From the IMG/VR virus record IMGVR_UViG_3300045988_130823: a stretch of DNA of 37,164 nucleotides; one strand, given 5' to 3'. Positions within the stretch are counted from its first letter, which is position 1. Each line of letters begins with the position of its first letter. Made by a program: the position numbers and the translations under genes. The notes under the pieces were generated by a model. That model was not told where the DNA came from and searched no databases. It saw nothing but the letters and a program-made list of their open reading frames with translations. Origin of the DNA: a virus. This document shows positions 24,256-33,873 of this stretch, in pieces.

Positions 24256-24630
24256 ATGATAAAAAAATATGCAACAGAGGATAATTATAAAAAATATGGT
24301 TCTGGATCATTAGAGGAAAATGAGATAGAAAAATATTTAGAATTATCTTCAATAGACATTAACAAAGCTACATTAACAAGAATTGAAAAAAGAGGTTTTG
24401 ATAATTTAACAGAACAACAGAAAGATTTAATAATTAAAGCTACTTGCTTACAAGCTGATTATATAAAAGATGAAGGCATTTATGATGATGATAGTATAGA
24501 AAGCTATAGTATTGGTGGAGATTTAACAGTAAATGAAAAAGAATCTATCGATATAGCTGATAAACTAAACATATCTAAATTAGCCTTTTTTTATTTAAGA
24601 AGAACAGGATTAACAAATAGAATACTATGA
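24256..24630 (+). CDS. Head-tail connector (gp6/gp15-like)
   Basis: Called from position after the capsid gene. AGAGGTG lies 6 nt before ATG 24256; an in-frame GTG is at 24247. Confidence 0.5.
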   Translation: MIKKYATEDNYKKYGSGSLEENEIEKYLELSSIDINKATLTRIEKRGFDNLTEQQKDLIIKATCLQADYIKDEGIYDDDSIESYSIGGDLTVNEKESIDIADKLNISKLAFFYLRRTGLTNRIL

Positions 24631-24974
24631 TAAAAAGGTTAAATCCAAAGCATTTAGAAAGATTATTAAATAATGAATGTGATATTAAATTATATCAAGA
24701 AGGCTTGTCAGAAGAAGGCGAGCCTTTAACTTCTTTAGATTTAAAAAATCAAAAATGTAGATTTATAGAAAAAACAAAAATTATAATAACTGCAGATGGA
24801 AAAAAAGTTGAACTTGTAGGGAAAGTAATATTGCTAGGAGATATAGCACCAAACATTAAAAAAATAAGTGGTGGGGAAGTAATATTTAATGATAGCAAAT
24901 ATGAAATATACCAAGCAAGTAGGCCTAGAAATCCGGATGGCAGTGTTCATCATACTACTTTGGAGTTGATGTGA
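24627..24974 (+). CDS. Head-closure / head-tail adaptor protein
   Basis: Called from synteny and size. ATGA overlap with the upstream gene. Confidence 0.5.
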   Translation: MIKRLNPKHLERLLNNECDIKLYQEGLSEEGEPLTSLDLKNQKCRFIEKTKIIITADGKKVELVGKVILLGDIAPNIKKISGGEVIFNDSKYEIYQASRPRNPDGSVHHTTLELM

Positions 24975-24975
24975 T

Positions 24976-25338
24976 ATGAAAATAACATTTAATAAAACAA
25001 ATTTGAAAAAAATAAATCAAACAATGCAAGATATTTTATTAGATACTGCAGAAGCAGTAAAAACAGATTTGATTCAAAGTCAAACAATGCCATTTGATTC
25101 AGGTGTGATGCAAAATGATAGTACGTTTGTTGATGATAAAAGAATAATAAAAGGGATAGTTAGTTTAGTAACTGACACTCTATATGCAAGAAAAGTTTAT
25201 TTTGATCCAGAAATAAATATAAAACAAGGTAAAAATCCTAATGCTAAACAATACTGGTATGAGGATTATATTTCTGGAGGTAAAAAGAATATACCTATAA
25301 AGTATTTTCAACAAATGGTAAAAAGGAGAATGAAATGA
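24976..25338 (+). CDS. HK97 gp10-like head-tail joining protein
   Basis: TMPFDSGVMQNDS...TDTLYARKVYFDP resembles the gp10-family pattern. Confidence 0.5.
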   Translation: MKITFNKTNLKKINQTMQDILLDTAEAVKTDLIQSQTMPFDSGVMQNDSTFVDDKRIIKGIVSLVTDTLYARKVYFDPEINIKQGKNPNAKQYWYEDYISGGKKNIPIKYFQQMVKRRMK

Positions 25339-25739
25339 TATCAATATTACAAACTGTTAAAGTAAAAGATTATCTAAAAAATGTAATTAAAGACTGTGAA
25401 AAATGGTACACAGGAACTATGGATCAAAATCAGGAAAAAGCTATTGCAATATATTCTAATAGAAGAAAACTAGATAAGATTTCAAATTTTAAGAATTTAC
25501 AAAGTTATGGAATATTACCAATTACATTGCTATTAAGATGGACAAAAAATTACAATACAGCAGAAGCAAAAGCCAACAATATTTATGAGTTACTAGATTG
25601 TAGCTCTTTTTTTATTGATGATTACAGATGTAACATTAATTGTTTATATGGTGGACCTATAGATTTAGGTTCAGATGAAAATGGAGTTTATAAGTTCAGT
25701 ATTGAATTAAATTTATTATATAGAAAGGGTGAAAAATAA
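25335..25739 (+). CDS. Tail completion / tail terminator protein
   Basis: Called from position immediately upstream of the major tail gene. Overlapping start and stop codons. Confidence 0.45.
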   Translation: MISILQTVKVKDYLKNVIKDCEKWYTGTMDQNQEKAIAIYSNRRKLDKISNFKNLQSYGILPITLLLRWTKNYNTAEAKANNIYELLDCSSFFIDDYRCNINCLYGGPIDLGSDENGVYKFSIELNLLYRKGEK

Positions 25740-26182
25740 TGCCAGGAACAAAGACAGGTGTATATCCAGTTTATGAAAACCAATTCCAAGTAGGAGCAAC
25801 TAAAGAGGAATTGCATGATATAGCTGATATGGTAAGCTTTTCAGTTGCATTAGATAATACAGTTGAAGAGTGGAATCCATTTGATCAAAAAGGCTGGATT
25901 AGAAGATTGATGACTGCAAAATCAATCACAATTTCTGTATCTGGAAAAAGAAATTATGGAGATGCAGGAAATGATTATGTAGCAGGAATGGCTCTAAAAA
26001 ATGGTAGAGATGCAGAAGGTTGTTTACAATGGACATTCCCAGATGGAGCTACACTATTATTTGAAGGAGCTGTATTTAATGTAACAAATTGGGGTGGTGG
26101 AGATTCTACAACAGTAATTCCACTAGAATTTGATGTTATGTCAAATGGAAAACCAACTTATACTGAAGCAAGTGCAGGTTAA
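25739..26182 (+). CDS. Major tail protein
   Basis: Size and position fit. It is followed by a terminator and then the chaperone pair and the tape measure gene. Confidence 0.7.
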   Translation: MPGTKTGVYPVYENQFQVGATKEELHDIADMVSFSVALDNTVEEWNPFDQKGWIRRLMTAKSITISVSGKRNYGDAGNDYVAGMALKNGRDAEGCLQWTFPDGATLLFEGAVFNVTNWGGGDSTTVIPLEFDVMSNGKPTYTEASAG

Positions 26183-26185
26183 TAT

Positions 26186-26213
26186 AGGGGGACACTAGTC
26201 CCTTTATTTTTTT
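26186..26213 (+). terminator. Rho-independent (probably attenuating) terminator after the major tail gene
   Basis: AGGGGGAC-ACTA-GTCCCTTT hairpin followed by a T-run. Confidence 0.65.
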
Positions 26214-26234
26214 ATAAATTTTAGGAGGTAAATC

Positions 26235-26546
26235 ATGGATTTAAATATTATAGATAAATTAAATGTTGAAGAAAAAACAATTACAATAGCTGAAGGTAAA
26301 ACATATACAGTAGAATGTGGAGCAAAAACAATGATAAAAGCTCAAGAAATATTTAAAAAGGACAATTCATTTGAAGCAATGTTTCAAGTTATAGAATTAT
26401 TATTAGGAAAAAAAGCGAAAAAAGAAATAGAAGAAATGAATTTTACAATAAAACAAATACAAGTATTAATAACAGCAATAATGGCACAAGTAAATGAAGT
26501 GCCTTATGAGGAAATGGAAGAACGATTTCAAAACAAGTCAAAATAG
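26235..26546 (+). CDS. Tail assembly chaperone (gpG-like)
   Basis: Located between the major tail and tape measure genes. Its 3' end overlaps a second ORF. Confidence 0.65.
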   Translation: MDLNIIDKLNVEEKTITIAEGKTYTVECGAKTMIKAQEIFKKDNSFEAMFQVIELLLGKKAKKEIEEMNFTIKQIQVLITAIMAQVNEVPYEEMEERFQNKSK

Positions 26547-26886
26547 AGAGAATTGGTATGACATGGAGGACGACTGGGAGTTAATTGCATCTAGTTTAAA
26601 AACTCAATATGGATACAGTATCAGAAAAGAAATTAATGATATGAATTGGGCTGAATTAAGTAGCGATATTTCTGGACTTATGGCAGATACTCCTTTAGGA
26701 AATATAGTACAAATTAGAAGTGAAGATGATAAAGAAAAGTTAAAATATTTTACGCAAGAACAAAAGAACATTAGATGGAAATATAGAATGAAAATAGCCC
26801 AAAATGTTGATAAAGAAGAATATAAAAAGGTTATTGCTGAATTTCAACAGCTATTTAAAGGAATGGCTGGTGATAAGAAAAAATGA
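26494..26886 (+). CDS. Tail assembly chaperone, gpT-like segment (reached by frameshift or started at ATG 26563)
   Basis: This ORF is in the +1 frame relative to the gpG-like ORF and is open from 26494. Confidence 0.55.
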   Translation: MKCLMRKWKNDFKTSQNRENWYDMEDDWELIASSLKTQYGYSIRKEINDMNWAELSSDISGLMADTPLGNIVQIRSEDDKEKLKYFTQEQKNIRWKYRMKIAQNVDKEEYKKVIAEFQQLFKGMAGDKKK

Positions 26887-27035
26887 AAGAAATAAGATGC
26901 CCTAAATGTAATCAACTTTTATTAAAAGCTGATTTATGTATAGGAGAAATAAAATGTTTAAGATGTAAAGAAATAGTAAAAATAAATATTAAAAATGACA
27001 GAGTGAGCAACACAACTAAAAAAGATAGTAAGTAG
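26883..27035 (+). CDS. Com-like zinc-ribbon protein (50 aa; absent from the supplied ORF track)
   Basis: Manual translation gives MKEIRCPKCNQLLLKADLCIGEIKCLRCKEIVKINIKNDRVSNTTKKDSK. This is the CxxC...CxxC pattern of phage Mu Com. ATGA overlap with the upstream stop codon. Confidence 0.6.
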   Translation: MKEIRCPKCNQLLLKADLCIGEIKCLRCKEIVKINIKNDRVSNTTKKDSK

Positions 27036-27095
27036 TTAGCCAATACCTGCGAAAACCTAAAATTTATAAAAAAGTAAAGGGAGGGAAAAGCAGGT

Positions 27096-30000
27096 ATGAG
27101 TACAAGTGTTGGTGCAGTATCATTTGATATGATGCTAAACGCAAATCCTTTTAATAAAGGATTAAAACAAGCAGGAAATAATATAAAAAGTTCTGGAATA
27201 GAAAATTCTATAAAAAACATAGGTAAAACTGTAGTAGCTGCTTTTTCAGTCGGAGCAGTAGTAAATTTTACAAAAGAGTGTTTGGAGTTAGGATCTAATT
27301 TAACAGAAGTACAAAATGTTGTAGATGTTACGTTTGGAAATTTAAATACACAAGTAGATGAATTTGCTAAAAATGCAATAGATCAATTTGGATTAGGCCA
27401 GACAGTTACAAAGAAATACGTAGGTACATTCGGAGCTATGGCTAAAGCCTTTGATTTTAATAATCAAGCAGCTTTAGAAATGTCTGAAACATTAACTGGA
27501 TTAGTTGGAGATGTAGCATCTTTCTATAATTTAAGTAGTGATGAAGCATTTACAAAATTAAAATCAGTATTTACAGGTGAAACAGAAACACTTAAAGATT
27601 TGGGTATTGTAATGACGCAAACAGCGTTAGATCAATATGCACTTCAAAATGGTTTTGGAAAAACCACATCAAAGATGACAGAACAAGAAAAAACAGCATT
27701 AAGATATCAATTTGTTTTAGATAAATTAAGTTTAGCTCAAGGAGATTTTGCTAGAACTTCTGATAGTTGGGCTAACCAAACAAGAGTATTGAGTTTAAGG
27801 TTTGATGAATTAAAAGGAACTTTAGGACAAGGTTTTATAAACTTGTTTACTCCAATTGTAAAAGGAATAAACTGGGTATTATCTAAATTACAAGTTTTAG
27901 CAGATGCTTTTAAATCATTTACAGAATCAATTACAGGAAATAAAGTCGATAGTGGAGGTCTAGGTAGTACAGCAGGTGATATAGCAGGAATAACAGATTC
28001 TGCTAGTAACGCTTCTGATGCCGTAGCCGATATTGGAACAAGTGCACAAAAAACACAAAAAGATTTATTAGGATTAAGAGGAATAGATGAAATAAATAAC
28101 TTATCAACTTCAAATTCTGATAGTGGTGGTAGCGGCACTAATATAGGAAACAATACAATTGATTTTGGTAATTCATTAAGCGATGCCAATAAAGAGATGG
28201 ATGGATTGCTAAATAAGGCCAATGAGTTCTTTTCAACATTTACAGATGGATTTAGAGAAGGATTTGGAGATTTTGATTTTAGCAATTTATTAAATGAAAT
28301 TGATGGTATAAAAAATAGTTTAATTAATATATTTACTGCTCCAGAAGTTGTAAATGCTGCTTCTAATTGGGCTAGTACAATATTATATAATTTCGGAAGA
28401 ATCACCGGAAGTGTAGCTAATGTTGGATTAACAATTGCTGATAACTTAATTGGTGGAATAAATGTATTTTTAAATCAAAATCAACAAGATATTCAAGAAC
28501 ATATAGTAAGATTATTTGATATTTCATCAAGAACCGCTGAAATAACTGGAAATTTTGCAACAACATTTGCCGATATATTTCATACAGTTTTTAGCAGTGA
28601 TGTAGCTAAACAAATAACGGGAAATTTATTAGCTATATTTACAGATAGCTTTCTTGGAATACAAGAAGTTGGAATGCAATTTGGTAATGATTTAATATAC
28701 ATAATTACTGAACCAATCAATGAAAATAAAGATTTAATAAGTCAAACGTTATTAGGAATATTTGAACCATTAAGTAGTATTTTAGGAACTATAAAACAAG
28801 GTATTCAAGATACTTTTTCAAAATTTTGGGAAGTATATGATACATATATAGCTCCTGCAGTTGAGAATATAAAAAATGGATTTTCTGATATTTTAAAGAC
28901 GGTATTAACTGTTTGGAATGAAAATATTAAGCCTATATTAGATGAATGGGCTGAAAAATTTGACACATTATGGACCGAACATATTCAACCAATGGTTGAT
29001 AAATTTTTAGAGTTTATAGGTAAATTAATAAGTGGAATAAGTGAAATATGGAATACATGGCTTGTTCCACTTATTAATTGGATTGTAGAAAATGTAGTTC
29101 CAGTTTTATCACCTATTTTTGAAACAATAGGAAATTTATTTATGACAGCATTCGGTATTATATCTGATGTTTTAGGTGGAATATGGGATGCTTTAGGAGG
29201 ATTAATTGATTTCATTGTTGGAGTATTCACAGGTGATTGGGAAAAAGCTTGGAATGGAATTAAAGAAATATTTTCTGGGATATGGGATGCAATTAAAGGT
29301 GTTTTTGAAGGAATTTGGAATGCAATTAAAGATGTTGTAAGCGGAGCTATAAACACAATAAAGAATTTGATTAGTAGTGTAATGAATGCTATTTCTAGTC
29401 TATGGTCTAATATTTGGAATGGAATAAAAAATACAGCTTCAAATATATGGAATGGTATTACAAGTACAATTAGCAATGTAATAAATGGCATAAAAAATAC
29501 TATATCAAATGTTTTAAATACACTAAGTTCTATTTGGAGTAATATTTGGAACGGAATGAAAAATACTGTAACAAATATTTTCAATGGAATATGGAATAGT
29601 ATAAAAGGTGTTATAAATTCAATTCTTGGCGGAATAGAAGGAATGGCAAATGGTGTTATTAATGGTGTTAATACAATTATAAGAGCACTAAATAATTTGC
29701 ATTTTGATATTCCTGATTGGGTTCCAATTTTTGGTGGAAAAAGATTTGGATTTAATATTCCTCAATTAAATAGAGTATCATTACCACGACTTGCTGAAGG
29801 TGGTTATGTAAAAGCAAATACACCTCAACTTGCAATGATTGGTGATAATAGGCATCAAGGTGAAATTGTTGCACCAGAAGGTAAAATATCTTCTATTGTA
29901 GCAGACGAATTAGAAAAATTTAACAAAGGTACAGGAAATAATAGTGAAATAGTATCATTATTAAAAGAAATATTAAAATATTTAAGAACATCTGAAAGTA

Positions 30001-30104
30001 ATTTAACGCTTAATGTAGATGATATTCAATTGGCTAAAGCTGTTTTAAGAGGATTAAGAAAATTACAATCTAAAACAGATAAGCCAATTTTTGATTTTAT
30101 TTAG
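27096..30104 (+). CDS. Tape measure protein
   Basis: 1002 aa, helical and Gly/Trp repeat-rich, in the canonical position. Confidence 0.9.
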   Translation: MSTSVGAVSFDMMLNANPFNKGLKQAGNNIKSSGIENSIKNIGKTVVAAFSVGAVVNFTKECLELGSNLTEVQNVVDVTFGNLNTQVDEFAKNAIDQFGLGQTVTKKYVGTFGAMAKAFDFNNQAALEMSETLTGLVGDVASFYNLSSDEAFTKLKSVFTGETETLKDLGIVMTQTALDQYALQNGFGKTTSKMTEQEKTALRYQFVLDKLSLAQGDFARTSDSWANQTRVLSLRFDELKGTLGQGFINLFTPIVKGINWVLSKLQVLADAFKSFTESITGNKVDSGGLGSTAGDIAGITDSASNASDAVADIGTSAQKTQKDLLGLRGIDEINNLSTSNSDSGGSGTNIGNNTIDFGNSLSDANKEMDGLLNKANEFFSTFTDGFREGFGDFDFSNLLNEIDGIKNSLINIFTAPEVVNAASNWASTILYNFGRITGSVANVGLTIADNLIGGINVFLNQNQQDIQEHIVRLFDISSRTAEITGNFATTFADIFHTVFSSDVAKQITGNLLAIFTDSFLGIQEVGMQFGNDLIYIITEPINENKDLISQTLLGIFEPLSSILGTIKQGIQDTFSKFWEVYDTYIAPAVENIKNGFSDILKTVLTVWNENIKPILDEWAEKFDTLWTEHIQPMVDKFLEFIGKLISGISEIWNTWLVPLINWIVENVVPVLSPIFETIGNLFMTAFGIISDVLGGIWDALGGLIDFIVGVFTGDWEKAWNGIKEIFSGIWDAIKGVFEGIWNAIKDVVSGAINTIKNLISSVMNAISSLWSNIWNGIKNTASNIWNGITSTISNVINGIKNTISNVLNTLSSIWSNIWNGMKNTVTNIFNGIWNSIKGVINSILGGIEGMANGVINGVNTIIRALNNLHFDIPDWVPIFGGKRFGFNIPQLNRVSLPRLAEGGYVKANTPQLAMIGDNRHQGEIVAPEGKISSIVADELEKFNKGTGNNSEIVSLLKEILKYLRTSESNLTLNVDDIQLAKAVLRGLRKLQSKTDKPIFDFI
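29175..29700 (+). repeat. In-frame tandem repeats of about 11 aa (WNGIKNTxSNI-type) within the tape measure gene
   Basis: SNIWNGIKNTASNIWNGITSTISNVINGIKNTISNV...SNIWNGMKNTVTNIFNGIWNSIKG. Confidence 0.8.
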
Positions 30105-30121
30105 AAAGGAGCAGAATATAT

Positions 30122-30478
30122 ATGTCAATATTACAAGTTAATGGAGCAGATATACCTGCTCCTCAAACTTTGCAAGTAACAGTATCAGATCAAGATTTAA
30201 ATTCTGATACAGATGCAAATGGAAATTTACATAGAAATAGAATAACCATAAAAAGAAAAGTGAGTTGTGAATGGGGACCTTTGAGTTGGGCAGATACAAG
30301 TAAATTATTAACAGCTATAAAAGATGTATTTTTTGATGTAACTTATCCAGATCCACAAACAGGAAAATTTGAAACAAAACGAATGTATGTAGGTGATAGA
30401 ACTGTACCAGTATTAATATTAAATGATGATGGTAGTATCGAATGGGGAAACTTATCTGCAGATTTTGTAGAACAGTAG
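30122..30478 (+). CDS. Small tail protein in the distal-tail (Dit) position
   Basis: Located directly after the tape measure gene. 118 aa, shorter than a typical Dit. Confidence 0.45.
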   Translation: MSILQVNGADIPAPQTLQVTVSDQDLNSDTDANGNLHRNRITIKRKVSCEWGPLSWADTSKLLTAIKDVFFDVTYPDPQTGKFETKRMYVGDRTVPVLILNDDGSIEWGNLSADFVEQ

Positions 30479-30486
30479 GTGATTAA

Positions 30487-32613
30487 ATGTATTTAGTTAA
30501 TAACTTTTATTTAGAAGCTTTAAAAAAAGATGATATAAGAGTAAAAGCAAGAATAGAAACTAATGATAGTGATACTACAATTAATAATGATGATATAAGT
30601 TCTATTAAATATAATCTAAGTATAAATGATAATGAAAAGTTTAGCATTGGTGGTGTTTATGGAGCTACAGTAACACTCAATTTGTTAAATTATGAAGGCA
30701 AATTTGATAATTATAAATTTGATAATAAAGAATTTTATTTAAGTTTGAGATTGGATATTGATGAGATATATACTGTTGAAAAATTTCATGCAGAATTAGT
30801 AAAAAATATAAATGCTTTAAAAATTAAATATATGACGTCTCTTTGGATCCCTCAAGGTAAGTTTTATCCAACAAAAGTAACCAAAAATGAAGATAGAACA
30901 ATTACAATAGAATTAATTGATAAAACAAAATATTTGGATGATGAGTATATATGTGATTTACAAGCACCTTTTACTTTAAAACAATTATATGATGATGTGC
31001 ATAGTAAAGCACAAATTATATCTGATACAGCAACTTTTTATAACCAAGACAAGATAATCGAAACAGTTCCAGAAGGATATACATATAAGCAAATACTTGG
31101 TTATATTGCTGAATGTGCTTGTGGTTTTTATATAATAAATCGTTTAGGAAATGGAGAATTAAGAAGTTATGGTACAGATAGTGTAAAAAGTATTTCTAAA
31201 GGTGAATATAAAAAATTCTTACCACAAGAGACATATATAACAATTCAAAAAGTTAAATATAATGGACAAACTATAGGGGCAAATAAAGGATATATATTGG
31301 AATTAGATGAAAAAAATCCTTTTATAAATGACGAAATAGCACAGAATATATTAGTAAAAATGCAAGGATTTACATATATAGCATATACATATGAATCAAC
31401 TGTAGCTGATATAGCCATGGATGTTGGCGATAAATTTGATATTACGAATACAAATTCAGTAAAGTATTTAACATATATTATGAATAATTCATGGGAGTTT
31501 AGTGGAGCAATAACACAAAATTGGGAAGCTAAAGGAGAAAATGAATTAAGTAATACATATAGTAGTAGCAAAGGTCCAATAAGTCAACAATTAGATAATA
31601 TTATAAAAGAGCAGATTCCTGGAATAAAAGAAGAAGCAATAGAAGAGGCAACAAAGTTATTAACAGATTTTAATGGTGGTTATGTAATAAAAAAAGATGG
31701 AGAATTATTTATATCAGATAACGAAGATTTAGATAAAGCTCAACATATCTGGAGATGGAATATAAATGGTCTAGGTTATTCTAGTACTGGTATAGATGGA
31801 CCATATGGATTAGCAATAACTATGAATGGACAAATAGTTGCTGATTTTATTGCAACAGGGACAATGTCTGCTGAACGAATTAATGGTGGAACGCTAAAAC
31901 TTGGTGGTAATAATAATACTAATGGTTCAATTCAAGTATTAGATGCAAGTGGTAAAGAATTGGTCACAATTAGTAAGGATGGATTGATTTTAAACAATGG
32001 CACGAAACTTATTGGCAATGGTGGAGTGCTATCAAATCTACAATTTGGAAGTATTGGTTATAGTGAAATAAATGGATATACACGACGTGCAGGTGAATAT
32101 GATGCTTTAGGTTTTTATTATTCAGATATAACTGGATTTGTAGAAAAAGATAGATATAGTGTTTATATAGATTGCAGTTTGCCAAATAATTTTATTGTTT
32201 CTAGTGCTTATTTAACAATAAAACATATTAGTCAATCTGTTTCAACCGGAGAAGGATCTTTTATCGGTTGTGGATATGCAAGAAGAATAAAAGCATCTAT
32301 AAGTGATATGGAAGGACAAGCTTTCTTACAAACGTTTATTGATTCAGATTTTTATCCAACTCTAAACGGAATAAATTATACTGATATGCAAAATGTTTTT
32401 AATACATCCGATAATACATATACACCATCGGTTCCAAGTCAAAACAATATGAAATTAGATACAGTAGTATCAAATGATATAGGTTCATTATTATCTAGTA
32501 AATGTAGGATTAAACTTACAAGTGCTAATAATGAGCCAAATTCTGCACAAGATGCAGAACTAAATACAGGATATATAAGTGCACAACTTAATGTATATGG
32601 ATATTTACAATAA
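30487..32613 (+). CDS. Tail-associated lysin / tail tip protein (Tal, prophage-tail endopeptidase-like)
   Basis: 708 aa, follows the Dit-position gene. Confidence 0.6.
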   Translation: MYLVNNFYLEALKKDDIRVKARIETNDSDTTINNDDISSIKYNLSINDNEKFSIGGVYGATVTLNLLNYEGKFDNYKFDNKEFYLSLRLDIDEIYTVEKFHAELVKNINALKIKYMTSLWIPQGKFYPTKVTKNEDRTITIELIDKTKYLDDEYICDLQAPFTLKQLYDDVHSKAQIISDTATFYNQDKIIETVPEGYTYKQILGYIAECACGFYIINRLGNGELRSYGTDSVKSISKGEYKKFLPQETYITIQKVKYNGQTIGANKGYILELDEKNPFINDEIAQNILVKMQGFTYIAYTYESTVADIAMDVGDKFDITNTNSVKYLTYIMNNSWEFSGAITQNWEAKGENELSNTYSSSKGPISQQLDNIIKEQIPGIKEEAIEEATKLLTDFNGGYVIKKDGELFISDNEDLDKAQHIWRWNINGLGYSSTGIDGPYGLAITMNGQIVADFIATGTMSAERINGGTLKLGGNNNTNGSIQVLDASGKELVTISKDGLILNNGTKLIGNGGVLSNLQFGSIGYSEINGYTRRAGEYDALGFYYSDITGFVEKDRYSVYIDCSLPNNFIVSSAYLTIKHISQSVSTGEGSFIGCGYARRIKASISDMEGQAFLQTFIDSDFYPTLNGINYTDMQNVFNTSDNTYTPSVPSQNNMKLDTVVSNDIGSLLSSKCRIKLTSANNEPNSAQDAELNTGYISAQLNVYGYLQ

Positions 32614-32625
32614 AGGAGAAAAAAT

Positions 32626-33156
32626 ATGAGTAGTTATACAGATTATTTAAATCTATTTAAATGGGATCCTCAAACTGATGCTGACGAAGAATTTGATATA
32701 GAAAAGGCTTTAAATGAAAATTGGGACAAAATTGATAAAAAGTTAAAAGATTATATTACAAATATGGATAAAACAATTGGTGATTTTCAAACATCAATAA
32801 CACAGCAAATTGAAAATTTTGAAACTTCTATAAATCAAACAGTACAAAATTTAGCAGATAGTATAAGTAGTACGCAAGCTTTTCATCGTTATAAATTAAT
32901 AATTGATGAAACTACTGAAAATGGGGCAGAAGTAATATTGCCATGCAATTATAAAGTTGGAGCAGAAGTCCTGGATGTTTATTTAAATGGTGAAAGACTT
33001 GTGAAAGCAGATTCTGCAGATACAGAAGGTCATTATTATGAAGTTGGAGAAAAAGATTCTATATCTAATAAAATAAAAATAACTGCTGATTGGAAGCTTG
33101 AAGATGAAGATTTACTTGATTTGTCTGTTAGGGGGGAATACGATGATTCCGAGTAA
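32626..33156 (+). CDS. Tail fibre / baseplate-associated protein
   Basis: The N-terminus YTDYLNLFKWDPQTDADEEFDIEKALNENWDKID is typical of Firmicute phage fibre proteins. Confidence 0.5.
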   Translation: MSSYTDYLNLFKWDPQTDADEEFDIEKALNENWDKIDKKLKDYITNMDKTIGDFQTSITQQIENFETSINQTVQNLADSISSTQAFHRYKLIIDETTENGAEVILPCNYKVGAEVLDVYLNGERLVKADSADTEGHYYEVGEKDSISNKIKITADWKLEDEDLLDLSVRGEYDDSE

Positions 33157-33391
33157 TAAACAAAATATAAAAATAATTAGTATTGTAACAGAAGCAGAAA
33201 TACCACAAAATACAAACTATGAAGTTCCAGAATATGTGTTAGGCAATAATTCTATAGAAATCTATTTTGAAGGGTGTAAGCTTATTAAAGATATAAATTA
33301 TATAGAAGCAGATACAACACATATTCAATTTAAAGATTGGAATGTACCTGTTGAAAGTAATTTAGAAATAATAATATCAAAAAAAGCATAG
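33143..33391 (+). CDS. Hypothetical tail-module protein
   Basis: AGGGGGGAA lies upstream of ATG 33143; an in-frame upstream alternative is at 33098. Confidence 0.5.
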   Translation: MIPSNKQNIKIISIVTEAEIPQNTNYEVPEYVLGNNSIEIYFEGCKLIKDINYIEADTTHIQFKDWNVPVESNLEIIISKKA

Positions 33392-33397
33392 GAGGAT

Positions 33398-33766
33398 ATG
33401 ATGGGAGCACCAGAAATATTTAATTTACAAAAACAAATTTATTCTACAGACGAAATAAAAACCAATAAGGTTTGGGTAGATGGAAAAACTATTTATAGAA
33501 AAGTTTTAAATATAACTACTTTCAATAATCTAAATGATGGTTGGTATGACAACATAGATATGTCTTTTGTTGATAATATGATATCTGTTAGTGGTTTTAT
33601 TAAGCAAAATACAGTTACATTTCCAATTAATGCATATCATTCTGGTAGTTGGTATAATTGCTTTTACTTAAATGCTGGTGAAAAGAAAATACATGGCATA
33701 GTAAGTCAGGAATTACAAAATAAACCAGCAATGTTAATTTTAGAATATACAAAAATAACAGACTAA
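33398..33766 (+). CDS. Tail-fibre-associated protein
   Basis: The motif TNKVWVDGKTIYRKV is common in Firmicute phage receptor-binding proteins. AGGAGG SD. Confidence 0.5.
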   Translation: MMGAPEIFNLQKQIYSTDEIKTNKVWVDGKTIYRKVLNITTFNNLNDGWYDNIDMSFVDNMISVSGFIKQNTVTFPINAYHSGSWYNCFYLNAGEKKIHGIVSQELQNKPAMLILEYTKITD

Positions 33767-33782
33767 GAAAGGAAGATATGAT

Positions 33783-33839
33783 ATGGAAAAAGCTGTAACG
33801 CTTGGTGCTGTACACACACACACACACACACACAAGTAG
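33783..33839 (+). CDS. Putative 18-codon leader ORF containing (CA)11
   Basis: AAGGAAG lies 7 nt before the ATG. Translation is MEKAVTLGAVHTHTHTHK. Confidence 0.35.
   Translation: MEKAVTLGAVHTHTHTHK
33813..33834. repeat. Dinucleotide microsatellite (CA)11
   Basis: Counted directly; perfect tract. Confidence 0.95.
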
Positions 33840-33873
33840 TTTTAAATAACAAGAAAATAGGAGGTGAGTTCTA

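Noticed and set aside
27737-29584. Large minus-strand ORFs (222 aa and 199 aa) inside the tape measure gene, and about 20 similar antisense or overlapping ORFs elsewhere in the track. Examples are 292..528, 1077..1265, 3038..3367, 3465..3812, 3997..4389, 4503..4715, 6887..7069, 13869..14093, 14230..14463, 16708..16935, 17656..18023, 18843..19906, 19951..20136, 20554..20823, 22684..22896, 26912..27220, 31245..31571 and 33627..34063.
   Set aside because: These are shadow ORFs opposite strongly supported genes in an AT-rich genome. Their composition is low-complexity and rich in Leu, Phe, Ile and Ser, they have no SD sequences, and every position is already explained by a gene with recognisable motifs or synteny.
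33802-33848. The dinucleotide tracts as promoter-spacer length modulators
   Set aside because: Candidate -35/-10 pairs around the tracts, such as TTGGTG...TAAATA and TTGATA...TACACT, are 22-35 bp apart. That is far from a functional 16-18 bp spacing, so the leader-ORF frame logic explains the tract positions better.
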